Numbered from the stretch's first letter, positions 35,969 to 46,797 are shown. The stretch: 64,000 nucleotides of DNA from an uncultured Gemmatimonadaceae bacterium (GCA_963843845.1 CAWJMB010000002.1:2752001-2816000); one strand, 5' to 3'. The notes: generated by a model from the sequence alone, not told the origin. Made by a program: numbers and translations.

Positions 35969-36824
35969 TCACAACCGACGCGCGCTCAGTGCGTCGCTCC
36001 GGAGCGCCCGCGGTGCCGACGCCGATCTCGCGCGGATGGTGCCGGTGACTCGCCCCAACGCCACCCCGTCCGCGCGCGCCAGCCGGAGGAACTCGTCCCA
36101 GACGGCGACGTACCGCGCGGCAAGGCGCTCCCCATGAACGCAATTACCCGGGAGTCCCCGCCCCAGCGTCGCCAGTCAGTTTTCGGCATTAGGAAGTAAT
36201 TGCACGGATGGACGTTCCGTACGAACGCCCCACCGCGTCCGCGCGCGTCCAACGCGCGAAGTCGGTCCGTCCGTCCTTGACGGCGAAGAGGTGCGCCACG
36301 TGCCAGCCTGCTGCGTTCGCGGACGCGGGCGTCGTCCGCGCGACGTAGAAGAGGTGGGCCGGCAGCGTTCGAACGACCGCCGCGAACGCGCCGGGCGCGA
36401 TGCGATGGCCCTGCAGCAACGCGTAGTGGACCCACCACGCCGGCGCGTTGTCCGTCGCCCGGAGCCGCGTGCCGTCGGCGGTCGCGTACTCCGCACGCCG
36501 CTCCATCCCGGTCACCTGGCGCACCAGCAATTCGGCGCGTGGGTCGTGCACGTACGCCGTGAGTGCCGCATGGAACGCTGCAACGGCGTCCGCCGCGGGG
36601 AGATTCGGTTCGATCCAACTCTCGTACAGCGCATCGAGCGGACCGAGAACGCCGAAGGCGACTCGACGAGCGCGCGCAGTCGCGGGGCTCTCGCGAGATC
36701 CTGGGCAGCCCGAATTAGCACCGCCCCGCCCTCCACGCCTGCCCGACGCCCTGCCGCCACGCGGACGGTCGCCAGAGTTCGTACGAGTCGCGGGGCCAGC
36801 TGCACATCGTCGTAGCAGGGGCAT
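35969..36824 (-). CDS. Hypothetical protein, possible HNH-like nuclease (frameshifted, start uncertain)
   Basis: DNAPAWW, GWHVAHLF...HPCNYF His/Asn pattern. Confidence 0.5.
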
Positions 36825-37353
36825 CGCTACCACCGCTAGGGACTCCCGCTCCCACCAGTCAAAAGGATGGTCGGCAAGGGCGGAGATCTCCTCGGGGAGG
36901 TTCAGCTGATCGAACCACACGATCGGAATCGCGCGTTGGCCGAGCCCGCACCGAGAAAGCGCCCGGAAATGCCGTCTATGCTGCTCGAATCGCCGCCGTC
37001 GTTCAGCGCGGCGCGCACGCCCGACGCGAAGTCGTCGCTCGCAACGTCATCATCAAAGATCCCGGGCGGCCGCCGGACCCCAGGTAAGCGGGACTATCGG
37101 CGATGAACCTAGCGTTCCAGCTCCCGGGAGCGTCGCTGGAGTTGGCGTGGCGCATCGAACACGGCAGATGCCGACTCCTCGCGTCAGTACGTGTTGATAC
37201 GTCACATCATCGCGCAATTCAGATACTCGCAGTTCGCTCGGTGTGACCTAGCACTGCAAGCGATATGCTCCGCGGCGGGTCGACGGCCCAGCCCTGACGG
37301 CGCGCCTGGTCACGGAGTGTCAAGCGACATCAGGGGCTGACCCCCTGGCGACA

Positions 37354-38259
37354 TTACGAAGTGACCCCCCTGTGGGGTGCATCCGGCGAGCGCGCAGCGC
37401 GAGCTATGGACGACGCGTCGGCGGCGCGCGGGGGACTGGATGTGGCGAGGAGCCCGGCCCGCCGCTTCTCGCGCAGCCGGTAGCTCTCGCCGCGGATCGT
37501 GAGCACGTGCGAGTGGTGCAGCAGGCGGTCGAGGATCGCCGTGGCCACGACCGGGTCGCCGAAGACCGTGCCCCACTCCCCGACCGCCCGGTTCGACGTG
37601 AGGAGGATCGACCCGCGCTCGTAGCGCCGGCTGACGAGCTGGAAGAGCACGTGCGCCGCGTCCGGCGCGACGGGCAGGTAGCCCAGCTCGTCGATGATCA
37701 GCAGCTTCGGCTTGCTGAAGTGGAGCAGCCGCTCGTCGAGCCGTCCCTCGGCCTGCGCCTTCACGAGCTGCGCGATGAGCGACGACGCCGTCGTGAAGAG
37801 CACCGTGTAGCCGGCGGTGATCGCGGCGCGCCCGATGCCGATGCTCAAGTGCGTCTTCCCGACGCCGGGCGGGCCTAACAGGAGGACGGCCTCGCCGTTC
37901 GCGATGAAGCGCCCCGTGGCGAGCTCGCGGACCTGCTGCTTGTCGACCGCGGGCTGCGCGCCGAAGTCGTAGCCGTCCAGCTCGCGCACCATCGGGAAAC
38001 GCGCGAGGCCGAGCGCCATCTCGATGCGCCGCTCGTCCTTGCGCGCGATCTCGCGCTCGCAGAGCAGCGCGAGCGTCTCGGCGAGCGTGAGCTCCCGGCG
38101 CGCCGCTTCGCCGAGGAGCGGGTCGAGCTGGTCGCGGATCGCGGTGAGCTTCAGCCGCGTGAGCATCGCCGGGAGACGCGTGAGATCCGGCCGCGGCGCG
38201 AGCTCCGGTGCGTCGTGGGCACCGTTAGGCGCTGGTGTGCGCATCGGGCGCGGACTCAT
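37354..38259 (-). CDS. istB: IS21 helper AAA+ ATPase
   Basis: GPPGVGKTH, LLIIDELGY, RRYERGS, TSN, AILDRLLHH, GESYR. Confidence 0.95.
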   Translation of the reverse strand: MSPRPMRTPAPNGAHDAPELAPRPDLTRLPAMLTRLKLTAIRDQLDPLLGEAARRELTLAETLALLCEREIARKDERRIEMALGLARFPMVRELDGYDFGAQPAVDKQQVRELATGRFIANGEAVLLLGPPGVGKTHLSIGIGRAAITAGYTVLFTTASSLIAQLVKAQAEGRLDERLLHFSKPKLLIIDELGYLPVAPDAAHVLFQLVSRRYERGSILLTSNRAVGEWGTVFGDPVVATAILDRLLHHSHVLTIRGESYRLREKRRAGLLATSSPPRAADASSIARAARSPDAPHRGVTS

Positions 38260-39642
38260 GCCGCGACCTCGCCGACGAGCGCGGCGTACTCGGCGAGCGG
38301 GCGCAGCAGCGTGAGCCCGTCCTCGCCTGACGCCGCGTGTACGTGAGGCACCGCGGGTGGACCGCCGCCGGCGGCGCTCGCCGTCCTGATCGCGTGCCCC
38401 GAAATCCCCGCGAGGTGTGCGGGGTCGACGCGCCGCACGCGGGCCCCCGCCGCGACGGCGTGCTCCGCGACGACCGCCGCGCCGTGGTGGATCGTGAGGC
38501 GCGCCCCGTGCTGCACCACGCGCACCGTCTCGCCCAGGAGCCGCCAGGGCACCGAGTACCAGTTCCGGTGGAGCTCGATGGTGCAGTCGCTCTGCACGCG
38601 CCGCGTCCACTCGCGCGTCGGCTGGAAGCTCGGCCGGTCGGCGAGCGGGCGGAGGCGGTGCGCCTCGTCGCGCAGGAAGCGCGCGAGCGGCGCCTCGCCC
38701 GTCGTGCCGTGCGTGCGCACGTCGGCCACGTCGCGCGTCCAGGCGACGAGGTGCGCCTCGAGCGCGGCGAAGCTCGCGAAGTCGTGCCCCGCGACCGCGT
38801 TCGCCTTCACGTACCCGACGCCGCGCTCGTCCTTCCCCTTCGTCCGCGCCCGATAGGCCATGCACGCGACCGGCCGGAAGTCCCAGTGCTTCGCGAAGGC
38901 GAGGAGCCGCGGGTGGAACACCGCCGGCGTGTCCTTCCGCCGCGCCTCGAGCACGAGCGCGCGGGCGTTGTCCAGGAGCACCGTCTCCGTCACGCCGCCG
39001 AAGGCGTGGAAGGCGCTCTCCAGGCCATCAAACCACGCGCTCTGGCGCTCGTGGCGGAAGACGCGCACGTGGCAGCGGCGCGAGTAGCCGAGCGTCGCCA
39101 CGAAGAAGAACAGCTTCTCGGCGACGCCGGCGATCCGCACGCGCCGCTCGCCGAAGTCGATCTGGAGCTGCTCGCCCGGCGCGGTCTCGAAGCGCACCGT
39201 CGCCCGCGCCTCGGCGCGGAGCGCCTGGCGCAGCGGCGCGACCGCGCGCTCCACCGTGCGCAGCGAGACGACGATGCCGTGCTCCCGGAGCAGGTCCTGG
39301 CGCACCACGTCGGCGTTGCCGCGGTGCTGCCGGAAGCGCGCCGCGATCCAGTCCGCGAGCGGGTCGAGCGCCTTGGGCCGCTCGCGCGCGCCGGACCGGC
39401 GTCCAGGCGCCGTCGGCGAGGTAGCGCTTCACCGTGTTGCGCGCGCAGCCCACCTCGCGGGCGATGCGCTTCGAGCCCCACCCGAGCTGGTGGAGGCGCA
39501 GGATGACGGCGACATCGTCGGGCGTGCGCACGGGCTCCCCATCCGCGCCGGCGCCGGGCGCCGGCGGCGAAATGGGGAACGATGAAGCCGCGGCGGGGCC
39601 GGCGGCGAGGAGCGGGAACGACGGGTCGGACACGACGGACAA
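38256..39642 (-). CDS. istA: IS21 DDE transposase (one frameshift)
   Basis: HTH IAREVGCARNTVKRYL, RFETAPGEQLQIDFG, LLDNAR, RTKGKDER, YSVP. Confidence 0.93.
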
Positions 39643-39966
39643 CCTCCCGGGACGAGTGGGAGGGGGTCAATTCCTCGTGTCGTCAGGGGGTCAGATTACC
39701 GTGTCGCCCAACAGATCAGCGCGCCTCGGCTACTTGGTCAACTTCGTGCTTGGAGCTGGGGGAGTGGCTGCTGGTGGCGGGGCGACCTGAGGCTGGGCTG
39801 CGACTCCGCGTTACGAGAGGACAACGCGTCGCTGAGCGCGAGGTGCTGTGTGTTGTGTACGCTGGAAGCGCCGGTGCAGTGCCTTCGACGGTGTGCGATG
39901 AGATCGCGGCCTGCTTCCGGGTAGAAGCCTGCTAGCGCGCACGCGCGATGATGCCGTCGGACCAGA

Positions 39967-40194
39967 TTATGCGGCTCGGAACTGCTCCAGCGAAAGTTCG
40001 AGCCCGCACTGCCGCACGATGTCACGCACCGTCGCGTCGCGCAGGTCGCGATGGCGAGGGATGGGCACCGATCTGCCATCGCGCATTAGCCACACGTCGT
40101 GGTTCCCGCCGTGGCGCACCAATTGGAGGCCGACGAGTCAACCCAGCTTGTCCGAGCGCCTCGGGGTGCAGAAGCGCCAGAGTTGGCCGCTCAT
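39967..40194 (-). CDS. HicA-like mRNA interferase domain (C-terminal fusion or small separate gene)
   Basis: Not in the ORF track. Manual translation: LVGLQLVRHGGNHDVWLMRDGRSVPIPRHRDLRDATVRDIVRQCGL. An in-frame TGA at 40138-40140 precedes it. Confidence 0.75.
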
Positions 40195-41156
40195 ACTCGC
40201 CGCGAGGGACGAGCCGACGTGCACGATGTCGTCTACGCCGCTGGGCGACAGTGGCGATTCCGCGGAACGCTTCGTGCGTGGCGTCCGGCGGGATGTTGGA
40301 CGGCAGGGCCGGCCCGCCGATGCACTCGATGCGACTCGCCTCCCGCAGATCGTCTCGTCCCTCCTCGAACGCCGCGGTGTCGAGATACGCGAGGCCGGCG
40401 CGGTACGATGAGGGAAGCGCGCGCGCGTCTCCCTCGAGCCCGTGCTGCAGGGCGTTGCGCTTCGCGGCGCTCCACCCCTTACGCCGTGCGGACCCGACCG
40501 CCTTTTGCACCGCAATCCCTGTCGCGAGCGCCTCCTCGAGGCTCGCGCCGCGCGCCGACCCGCGCCGGTACAGCCGTTCGAAGCCGTCGCGGTAGAGCGG
40601 CACGCGGCGGTCGATCTCAAGCCGCGTCGCGAAGCTCTCGACCCCGTGGTGGAAGGCCTCGTGCACCCATGAGGAATAGACGCGCCGCGTACGCGGCCTG
40701 CAGCAGCGAGGGCGCCTGCGCGCGCGAGTGCGCGACGAGGTGATGTCCGCCATCGCGGCGACGCCCTGGTTGTTGGTGATCAGATCCCCAGACGTCCTCG
40801 GGGAAGTAGTGGAACGGGAGATAGAACGCGAGCGCGTCGGGTGGGGGCGGATAGCCGGCACGCGCGTCGGGGGCTCCGGGCACGGCACCGGCCTGCGCGG
40901 CCTCCCCGGTGTACACGCTCGGAAGCCGGATGCCGTCGGGCCACACGTAGGGCTCGCGCGTGCGAGGCGGCCGGCGCGCGCCCGTCGGGACGACCTCGCC
41001 GAAGTCGAGTTCGGCCTCGACGTGGTCGAGGAGGTGGGACTCGGCGTCGTCGACGGCGACAACGATCCACTCGGCGTCCCACTGTCCGCGCGTGCGGTCG
41101 AAGTCGAAGAGATCAGGCAGGTGCGTACGGAGCGTGTCGCGATCGAGCTCGGACAT
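40195..41156 (-). CDS. Zincin-like HEXXH metallopeptidase-domain protein (frameshifted)
   Basis: DALAFYLPFHY, HEAFHH (40646-40663), downstream EEALA third-ligand motif. Confidence 0.65.
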
Positions 41157-41211
41157 GTTGAGATGATCGAGATGAAACGTTGGGGCGATCCGCAGAGGCA
41201 AACTCGCGCGC

Positions 41212-41700
41212 TTACCGCGGGTGGTGCACTTCGTCGAGCAGGCGAACCATCAACGCCTTCACGCGATCACGATGCGCGGCGCTCTTGAGCACGCGGAAGG
41301 AGATGCGGAGGGTCGTGCCCTCGCCGAGTTGCTCGCGCGACGACAGTGCGAGGAGCTCGTCGATCGCGTGCCGGCGCACGTCCGACGGCAACCGGTCCGC
41401 ACTTCCCGGCCATGCCTTGAGCTTCGCGCCGTCCCGGTGCTTCGGGTAGGCGGACCAGAACACGGTGCCGAGCGCGGTCGCTCGAAAGCTGACGACGTCC
41501 TGGTCGTAGTCCGCGTCGTGATACTGCAGGCGATCCGGGCGATCCTGGCTCCACGCGATGAAGTCGTCGAGACCCTGGTGCATGGGCCGCTGGGAGACGC
41601 TCACCGCGTACGCGGGCTTGGCGATTCGGTCCAGGAAGGCGCGCCGACTATTCTCGAGGCCCTGCGCCGGTGGCGACGAGGGACGCGTCTTGTGGGCCAA
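41212..41700 (-). CDS. Hypothetical protein (about 160 aa)
   Basis: Intact protein-like ORF directly upstream of, and co-oriented with, the HEXXH gene. Confidence 0.6.
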   Translation of the reverse strand: MAHKTRPSSPPAQGLENSRRAFLDRIAKPAYAVSVSQRPMHQGLDDFIAWSQDRPDRLQYHDADYDQDVVSFRATALGTVFWSAYPKHRDGAKLKAWPGSADRLPSDVRRHAIDELLALSSREQLGEGTTLRISFRVLKSAAHRDRVKALMVRLLDEVHHPR

Positions 41701-41897
41701 GCGGCGGTGGGACGAGAGGAGGAGACCGAAGTGCGGACTCGGCCGTACCGGGAAGTGTGGCGCTCAGTCCGACGTCTGTCGAGCCCGACCTGGCGGTAGC
41801 GGGAGAGACCGCAGATCGCCCCCGTCGCGGGGCGCGGCCGCGGCGCCGGCCAAGATGCCGGCCCCTCCGCGACGCCGGGGCGAGCGGCGATCCGACG

Positions 41898-42256
41898 TCA
41901 CGAGCGCGGACCGCGCAGGCGATCGCCGCGCTCTACGGGCCGCGCCTCCACGGCACGGGGATACCCAGGATCGGCCGGTAACCGCCCGACGCCTCCAGGA
42001 ACTGAGCGCGGTGGGCGCCGCCCACCACCCGCTCGTGGCTCGCCAGGTAGTGCCAGGTCGCGTCCGGCAATGCCCTCGCCGCCGCGGACAGCGCCGCCGC
42101 GTCGGGTTCGGCGGCGAGCAGCAGCCGACAGACTTTCCGCGCGGGCGACAGCAATCGCCACAGGCCGCGCCGGTGAAGCTCCAGGCGCACGCCGTCCGGG
42201 ACCGGGCCGGGCGGCGCCCACAGGAAGGCGTTCGCGAGGTCCTCGTCGGACATCAA
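41898..42256 (-). CDS. Hypothetical protein
   Basis: MSDEDLANAFLWAPP... with a GGAGG SD upstream. The end is uncertain. Confidence 0.5.
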
Positions 42257-42413
42257 GGGGGGTCACCTCCGTGCCGGTACGTGGCGCTCCGAACGCGACT
42301 GAACGTCCCGCTGAACTGACACACGGCGCCACTTGGCATCGGGCCCGGAGGAACGGCCAGGGTGGTTGGCAGGTCACCGAAAGCCCTCGCCGACACCCTC
42401 CGCCACGCCGCCG

Positions 42414-42973
42414 ATGCCGCGCGCTTCCCACCTCACGCTCGTCCGCGACACGCTCGATTCGACCTTCCGTCCGTCCAACACTCCGGCGGCGGCTCCGACC
42501 GCGCCCGCGGAGTCGAACCGCTCCGCGAGGCCCCCCGCCAGTCGCCGTCAGCGCCGCTTCCGGGTCGCCGTCGTCGGGCGCGGACGCCCTGCCCCGCGCC
42601 GGCTCGCCGCCCCGAACCGACCGACCTGCCTCGAAGCCGCGTTCGTCACGCTCCGGCGGTCCGGCCTGCTCGTGCGCCAGAATTTCGCGTGCTGTAGTAC
42701 CTGCGGCCTCCATGCGCTCCGCGACATCCTACTCGAGGCGGCGACGAGCCGGCCATACGTGGATACGTGTTCTACCATCGCCAGGACCAGAATTCCGCCG
42801 CCGGGGGCGCCGCCCTGGGCCTGCGGTACGGCACCGTGGACGGCAGCGACCAGGGCGCCCGCGCGATCGGGGTCCGCGTCGTCGACGCGCTGCTCGCGGC
42901 CGGGCTCCATCCCGAGTGGACCGGCGATCCCGCCAAGGTGATCGACGTCCCGCTCGAGTGGCGCCCTGACTGA
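42414..42973 (+). CDS. DUF6891-like protein (frameshifted)
   Basis: LEAAFVTL...RQNFACCSTCG, VFYHRQD, VVDALLAAGLHPEWTGDP. Family call is from recall. Confidence 0.65.
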
Positions 42974-43421
42974 CGCGTTGCGTCCCCCGGTCAGCCGTAC
43001 CACGCCACGTCGTGTACAGCCGGCAGGGACACGGGGCTGCAGCCCGGCGCTGGAGGTGCACCCGCAGTACGGGAGCACCCGCGGCACCGAGGCCGACATC
43101 CGCGCGGTCGGAGCGCTCGTCGCGCGTACGCTGGCCCACGTCGGGCTGCAGCCCCAGTGGACCCGGGATCCGAACCGAACGCTCTGCGTCCCACTGACCT
43201 GGACTGGGTGACGCCCCCCACATCGACGGGTGCGACCACGCTGTCTTCGGGCGTTGGCGCCTGACGCGCGGGGGATGAGCCCCGGTCGCTCTGACGACGC
43301 CGAATCAAGTGGACCACGCTGTTCGCGTCCTCGGATGCGAGCGCGCGCCGCCCGCCCCGTGACGACCGCGAGGCGCGTCCGATGTTCGGTTCGCCCACCG
43401 GCCGACGCTCTGCGCGGCGCA

Positions 43422-43461
43422 CTTCCCCTCCGCACGCCTCCCCTCCGCACGCTTCCCCTCC
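43422..43461. repeat. 15-bp imperfect tandem repeat (CTTCCCCTCCGCACG) x about 3
   Basis: Read directly. Confidence 0.8.
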
Positions 43462-43475
43462 TCCGAATCTCTCCC

Positions 43476-44523
43476 GTGCGAATTGCTTCCTCCGCCGTCG
43501 CGCCGGCCACGTCGGCCACGTCGGCCACGACACTACCGCCGGTGCCGGCGCTGCCCGTGCGCCTCGCCGTTCGTCTGGCCACCGGCTCCGAGCTCGCGGC
43601 GCGTAACCGGGCAGAGGGTCGCTCGGGGCGCGCACGTTCCGCCCCGCCCGTCCGACGATCGCAGCGATGCGGGCGGCCGGCGCCCCGCCCTCCCGCTTGC
43701 TTCAGGAGACGTGGGTGGACCACCCGGACGAGCGCGTGCCGCGCTTCACCGCGCGCCAGCGGCTGCTCGAGAGTCCCGCCGTGCGGAGGCTGGCCGCACG
43801 GGCCCTCAGGGAGGCGGAGGCGGATGGTCTGCTGTGGACGCCGTTGCTCGACGTCATCGACCTCGACCAGCTCTTCTGCGACGCCCCGCAGTTCTACGCG
43901 CGCCTGGATAACCGCACCCGCTCGATCGGACAGCGCCTCGCCGCGACGCCCACGTCGCCGCGTGCGGTCGGTGCCCACGGCGGAGGGCCGGGCCGTCGTC
44001 GGCACGCTCCTCCGCTTCCGCAGCCCGTGGATCGCCGGAGCGGCGGCGAACGCGAGCCCCGCGCTCGCGCCATCCCAGGTGCGCCGCCTCGCCGAGCGGC
44101 ACTGCGTGTCCGAGCTCGCGCTCTCGCCTCGGCGGTCCGCACGCGACCGCTCGGTGCTCGCCGAGTGGGCGGTGCAGGCGTTAGACGCCGCCGAGAGCGC
44201 GCTCACGCCGCTCCCCACGGCGCACCTACCTCGGGCCCATGATGGCGCTGACCACGCTGCACAATCGCGAACACCGCCTCTCGGTCCGCCAGGCCGTCCG
44301 GCTCACGCGCGCCCTCCGCCGCCCGCTGGTCGAGGTCCCCGTGCCGCCGCCGTCGCACGACACGCTGCACCAGCTGGTCGTCGCCGCGCTCGACGCCGCG
44401 CCGGCCGAGGAGGTCCGCGCGCTGACGGCCTCCGAGCTACGGATCCTCCGCACCTCGGGCATCGCGCCGGTGTCCTGGCGCGCGAGGCGAGCACTCGGGC
44501 GAGCGCGACAAGCGTGCGCGTAG
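43476..44523 (+). CDS. Unknown-family protein, paralog A (frameshifted)
   Basis: NRAEGRSGARTF, TWVDHPDERVP, RALREAEADGLLWTPLLD, VLAEWA. Colinear with the gene at 45687-46797. Confidence 0.65.
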
Positions 44524-44612
44524 GTGCGGTCGTCCGGCGAGTCGCGCCCGCTGCCCACCCCGTGGGCCGTCCGCGGACGGCCCACGGGGTGCGCAGGAGA
44601 GCGCGGAGTGGC

Positions 44613-45596
44613 TCAGTCGGTGCTCTCGACGATGCCCTGGCCCATGCCGTCGATGGGGCCGTTGGCGTGCGCGGTACGGAGCCAGCGGTGCGGCGACCCA
44701 GACCTGCGGGTACGGCGCAGAACGTGCACCGCGCCGCGAGCCCCGTCCGGGCGTAGCAGCGCCCCGCGCAGCTTGCGCTCGTACTCGGCGCGCCGGCCGG
44801 TGTCGGCGACGATCGCGAAGCGCGGCAGCGGGTCGGCGCCGAGGCGGCGCAGCTCCTCCAGCGTCTCGGCGCACCGGCGGAGCGCCGCCGTCACGTCCCC
44901 GCCGTGCTCCACCTCACAGACCAACTCCGGCCACGGGGCCCCCGGCTGGGTGAGGACCACGTCCGCGTAGCGGAGCGAGTCGATCCCGGCCGCGGCCGGC
45001 GGCAGGACGTCGACGTCGGTGAGCACGCGCCGGCCGCCCGCGAGCGCCGGGTCGAGCGCCGCGTGGTCGGCGGGTGGCACCCAGACGGCCTTGCCGAGCC
45101 GGTGCCCGATCGCCGCCACCGCCGTCTGCCACTGGGCGTGGCTGAGCGCGGGCGTCGCCGCGGCGCGCGGCTCCCGCGGCCGCAGGCGGCGCAGGTGCGT
45201 CCACCCGCTGTAGCGCCGCAGGTCGCGGCCCGACTCCAGGAGGCGCACCTCGCCGCGCGCGCCGACGCGGATGTGGATGCGGATCGGGTCGGCCGTGGCC
45301 GCGGCGTGCGCGACCAACTCGCGCACCGGGACGACGAGCGGCTCGCCGAGCTCCGGGATGAGGAAGCAGATGGCCGACCGCTTCCGGCGCTGGAGCGCGA
45401 GGACGTCGGTGCGGCGCAGCGCGGTGAAGATGCGGCGCTCGCGGTCGAGGCGGCCGGCGCGCAGCAGGATCGCCGCGTCGTGGCCGAGCGCGATCATCGA
45501 GCGGCTCCCGGCGTGCGCGATGCGGCGCACCGCGTGCGCGCCGAACTCGCGGACGAGGCGGTGGAGGAAGCGGCGGCGGATGGGGCGGGTCGACAT
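44613..45596 (-). CDS. PD-(D/E)xK restriction-endonuclease-like protein
   Basis: LSHAQWQ, VWVPPAD, YADVVL, CEVEHG, FAIVAD..RR motif order. Confidence 0.6.
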   Translation of the reverse strand: MSTRPIRRRFLHRLVREFGAHAVRRIAHAGSRSMIALGHDAAILLRAGRLDRERRIFTALRRTDVLALQRRKRSAICFLIPELGEPLVVPVRELVAHAAATADPIRIHIRVGARGEVRLLESGRDLRRYSGWTHLRRLRPREPRAAATPALSHAQWQTAVAAIGHRLGKAVWVPPADHAALDPALAGGRRVLTDVDVLPPAAAGIDSLRYADVVLTQPGAPWPELVCEVEHGGDVTAALRRCAETLEELRRLGADPLPRFAIVADTGRRAEYERKLRGALLRPDGARGAVHVLRRTRRSGSPHRWLRTAHANGPIDGMGQGIVESTD

Positions 45597-45686
45597 GGAG
45601 AAGGCTCCGTTGGTCGCGTGGCGCCGGCCCAGAAGACTGCGCTCCCGGCGGCGTGACGCCGGGGCGATCCCCGACGTGCGGCGACC

Positions 45687-46797
45687 CTACCCGGGCAACC
45701 TGGCCGCGCGGAAATTCGGCGCGCGGCGGTCGGTCCCTCGCCTCGCCCGCGCCACCGGCGCGCGCCGGACGCACTCGAGCGCGGGTTCGGCGTCCGGCAC
45801 GACCTGACGTATCACGTCGTGCGCCGGGTGCGACCCGCCGCGATCTGCGCGGCCAGGCGGATCTCTCCCGCATCGGCGGCTCAGAAACGGGGAAAGCGCC
45901 GCGCGACCGAACACCCGGGCCGCGTCGGGAGTCGCGTCCCGGAGTGCGCGCGCGACGACGCCCGTCAGCAGCGCCCGCGTCCGGTCTGCCTCGGCGCCTG
46001 ACCAGGACACGCCGCGCCGCACGCCATCGAGCCGAGCCGCCAGCTCCAGCGGCAACACGTGTCCGTGCGCGTCCAGCACCGCCAACATCTTGAGCGCCGC
46101 CAGCGACCAGCTAGTCATTCCGAGCACCTGATTCGCGAGGTACATCGCCACCGTCTCGGCCGCCCACGCCGCGAGCACCCCGCGGCCGTGCGCGTTCACG
46201 CCTCGCGCGCGGACCGGCTTGCCTGGCAGGCACGCGCATCGCGAGCGAGGGCAGCGCCTCGTCGTCCAGCGTCGCGCTCGCGGTCACGATCAGTCGCGCG
46301 ATCGTCGGTCCGCGAAAGCACAGCAGGGTGCGCACGACCGGCGGAGAGCACGACGCGGGCGATTCCAGCCAGGGACGGACGCCGCCAGCCAGCACGGCCG
46401 CGGCGCGGCGCACCTCACTCCGGCACGCTGGCCACCCCGCGTTGTCGCAGGCGTCGAGCAGCGGCGTCCAGGCTTGGCCGTCGGCCCGCGCCTCGCGGAT
46501 GGCCCGGTCGGCGAGCCGTCGCGTATCCGCCGTTCCGAGGCACCCGCGCTTCAACGCTGTAAGCGGCACGCGCTCGTCAGGGTGATCGACCTAGGTCTGC
46601 CGCACGGCCGGCGACGCGGGACCGCTCCCGGCGACGTCGATGTCGGAACAGGCGCCAATCGCCGAGAGGAAGGTGCGGGCGCCCACGCGACCCTCTGCAC
46701 GGTTCTGCGCCTCCAGCTCCCACCAGTCCGCGGTGCGGGGCTCGAGACGGATCGGCAGGGCGGCGAGGGTCGGGGCGACGGTGCTGAGGCTGGACAT
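45687..46797 (-). CDS. Unknown-family protein, paralog B (in-frame TAG at 46591 and a frameshift)
   Basis: NRAEGRVGARTF, T*VDHPDERVP, RAIREARADGQAWTPLLD, VLAAWA. Confidence 0.6.

Larger units (their letters stand above)
37318..39713 (-). mobile_element. IS21 family insertion sequence
   Basis: TGT...ACA termini, about 50-bp imperfect IRs each with two GCGACA-N-TGACCCCCT-type repeats, istA-istB inside. Confidence 0.93.

Noticed and set aside
36830..37100. Possible TIR-like gene remnant next to IS21
   Set aside because: Only a vague PIVW...LPEEISAL resemblance across a frameshift, which is not supportable.
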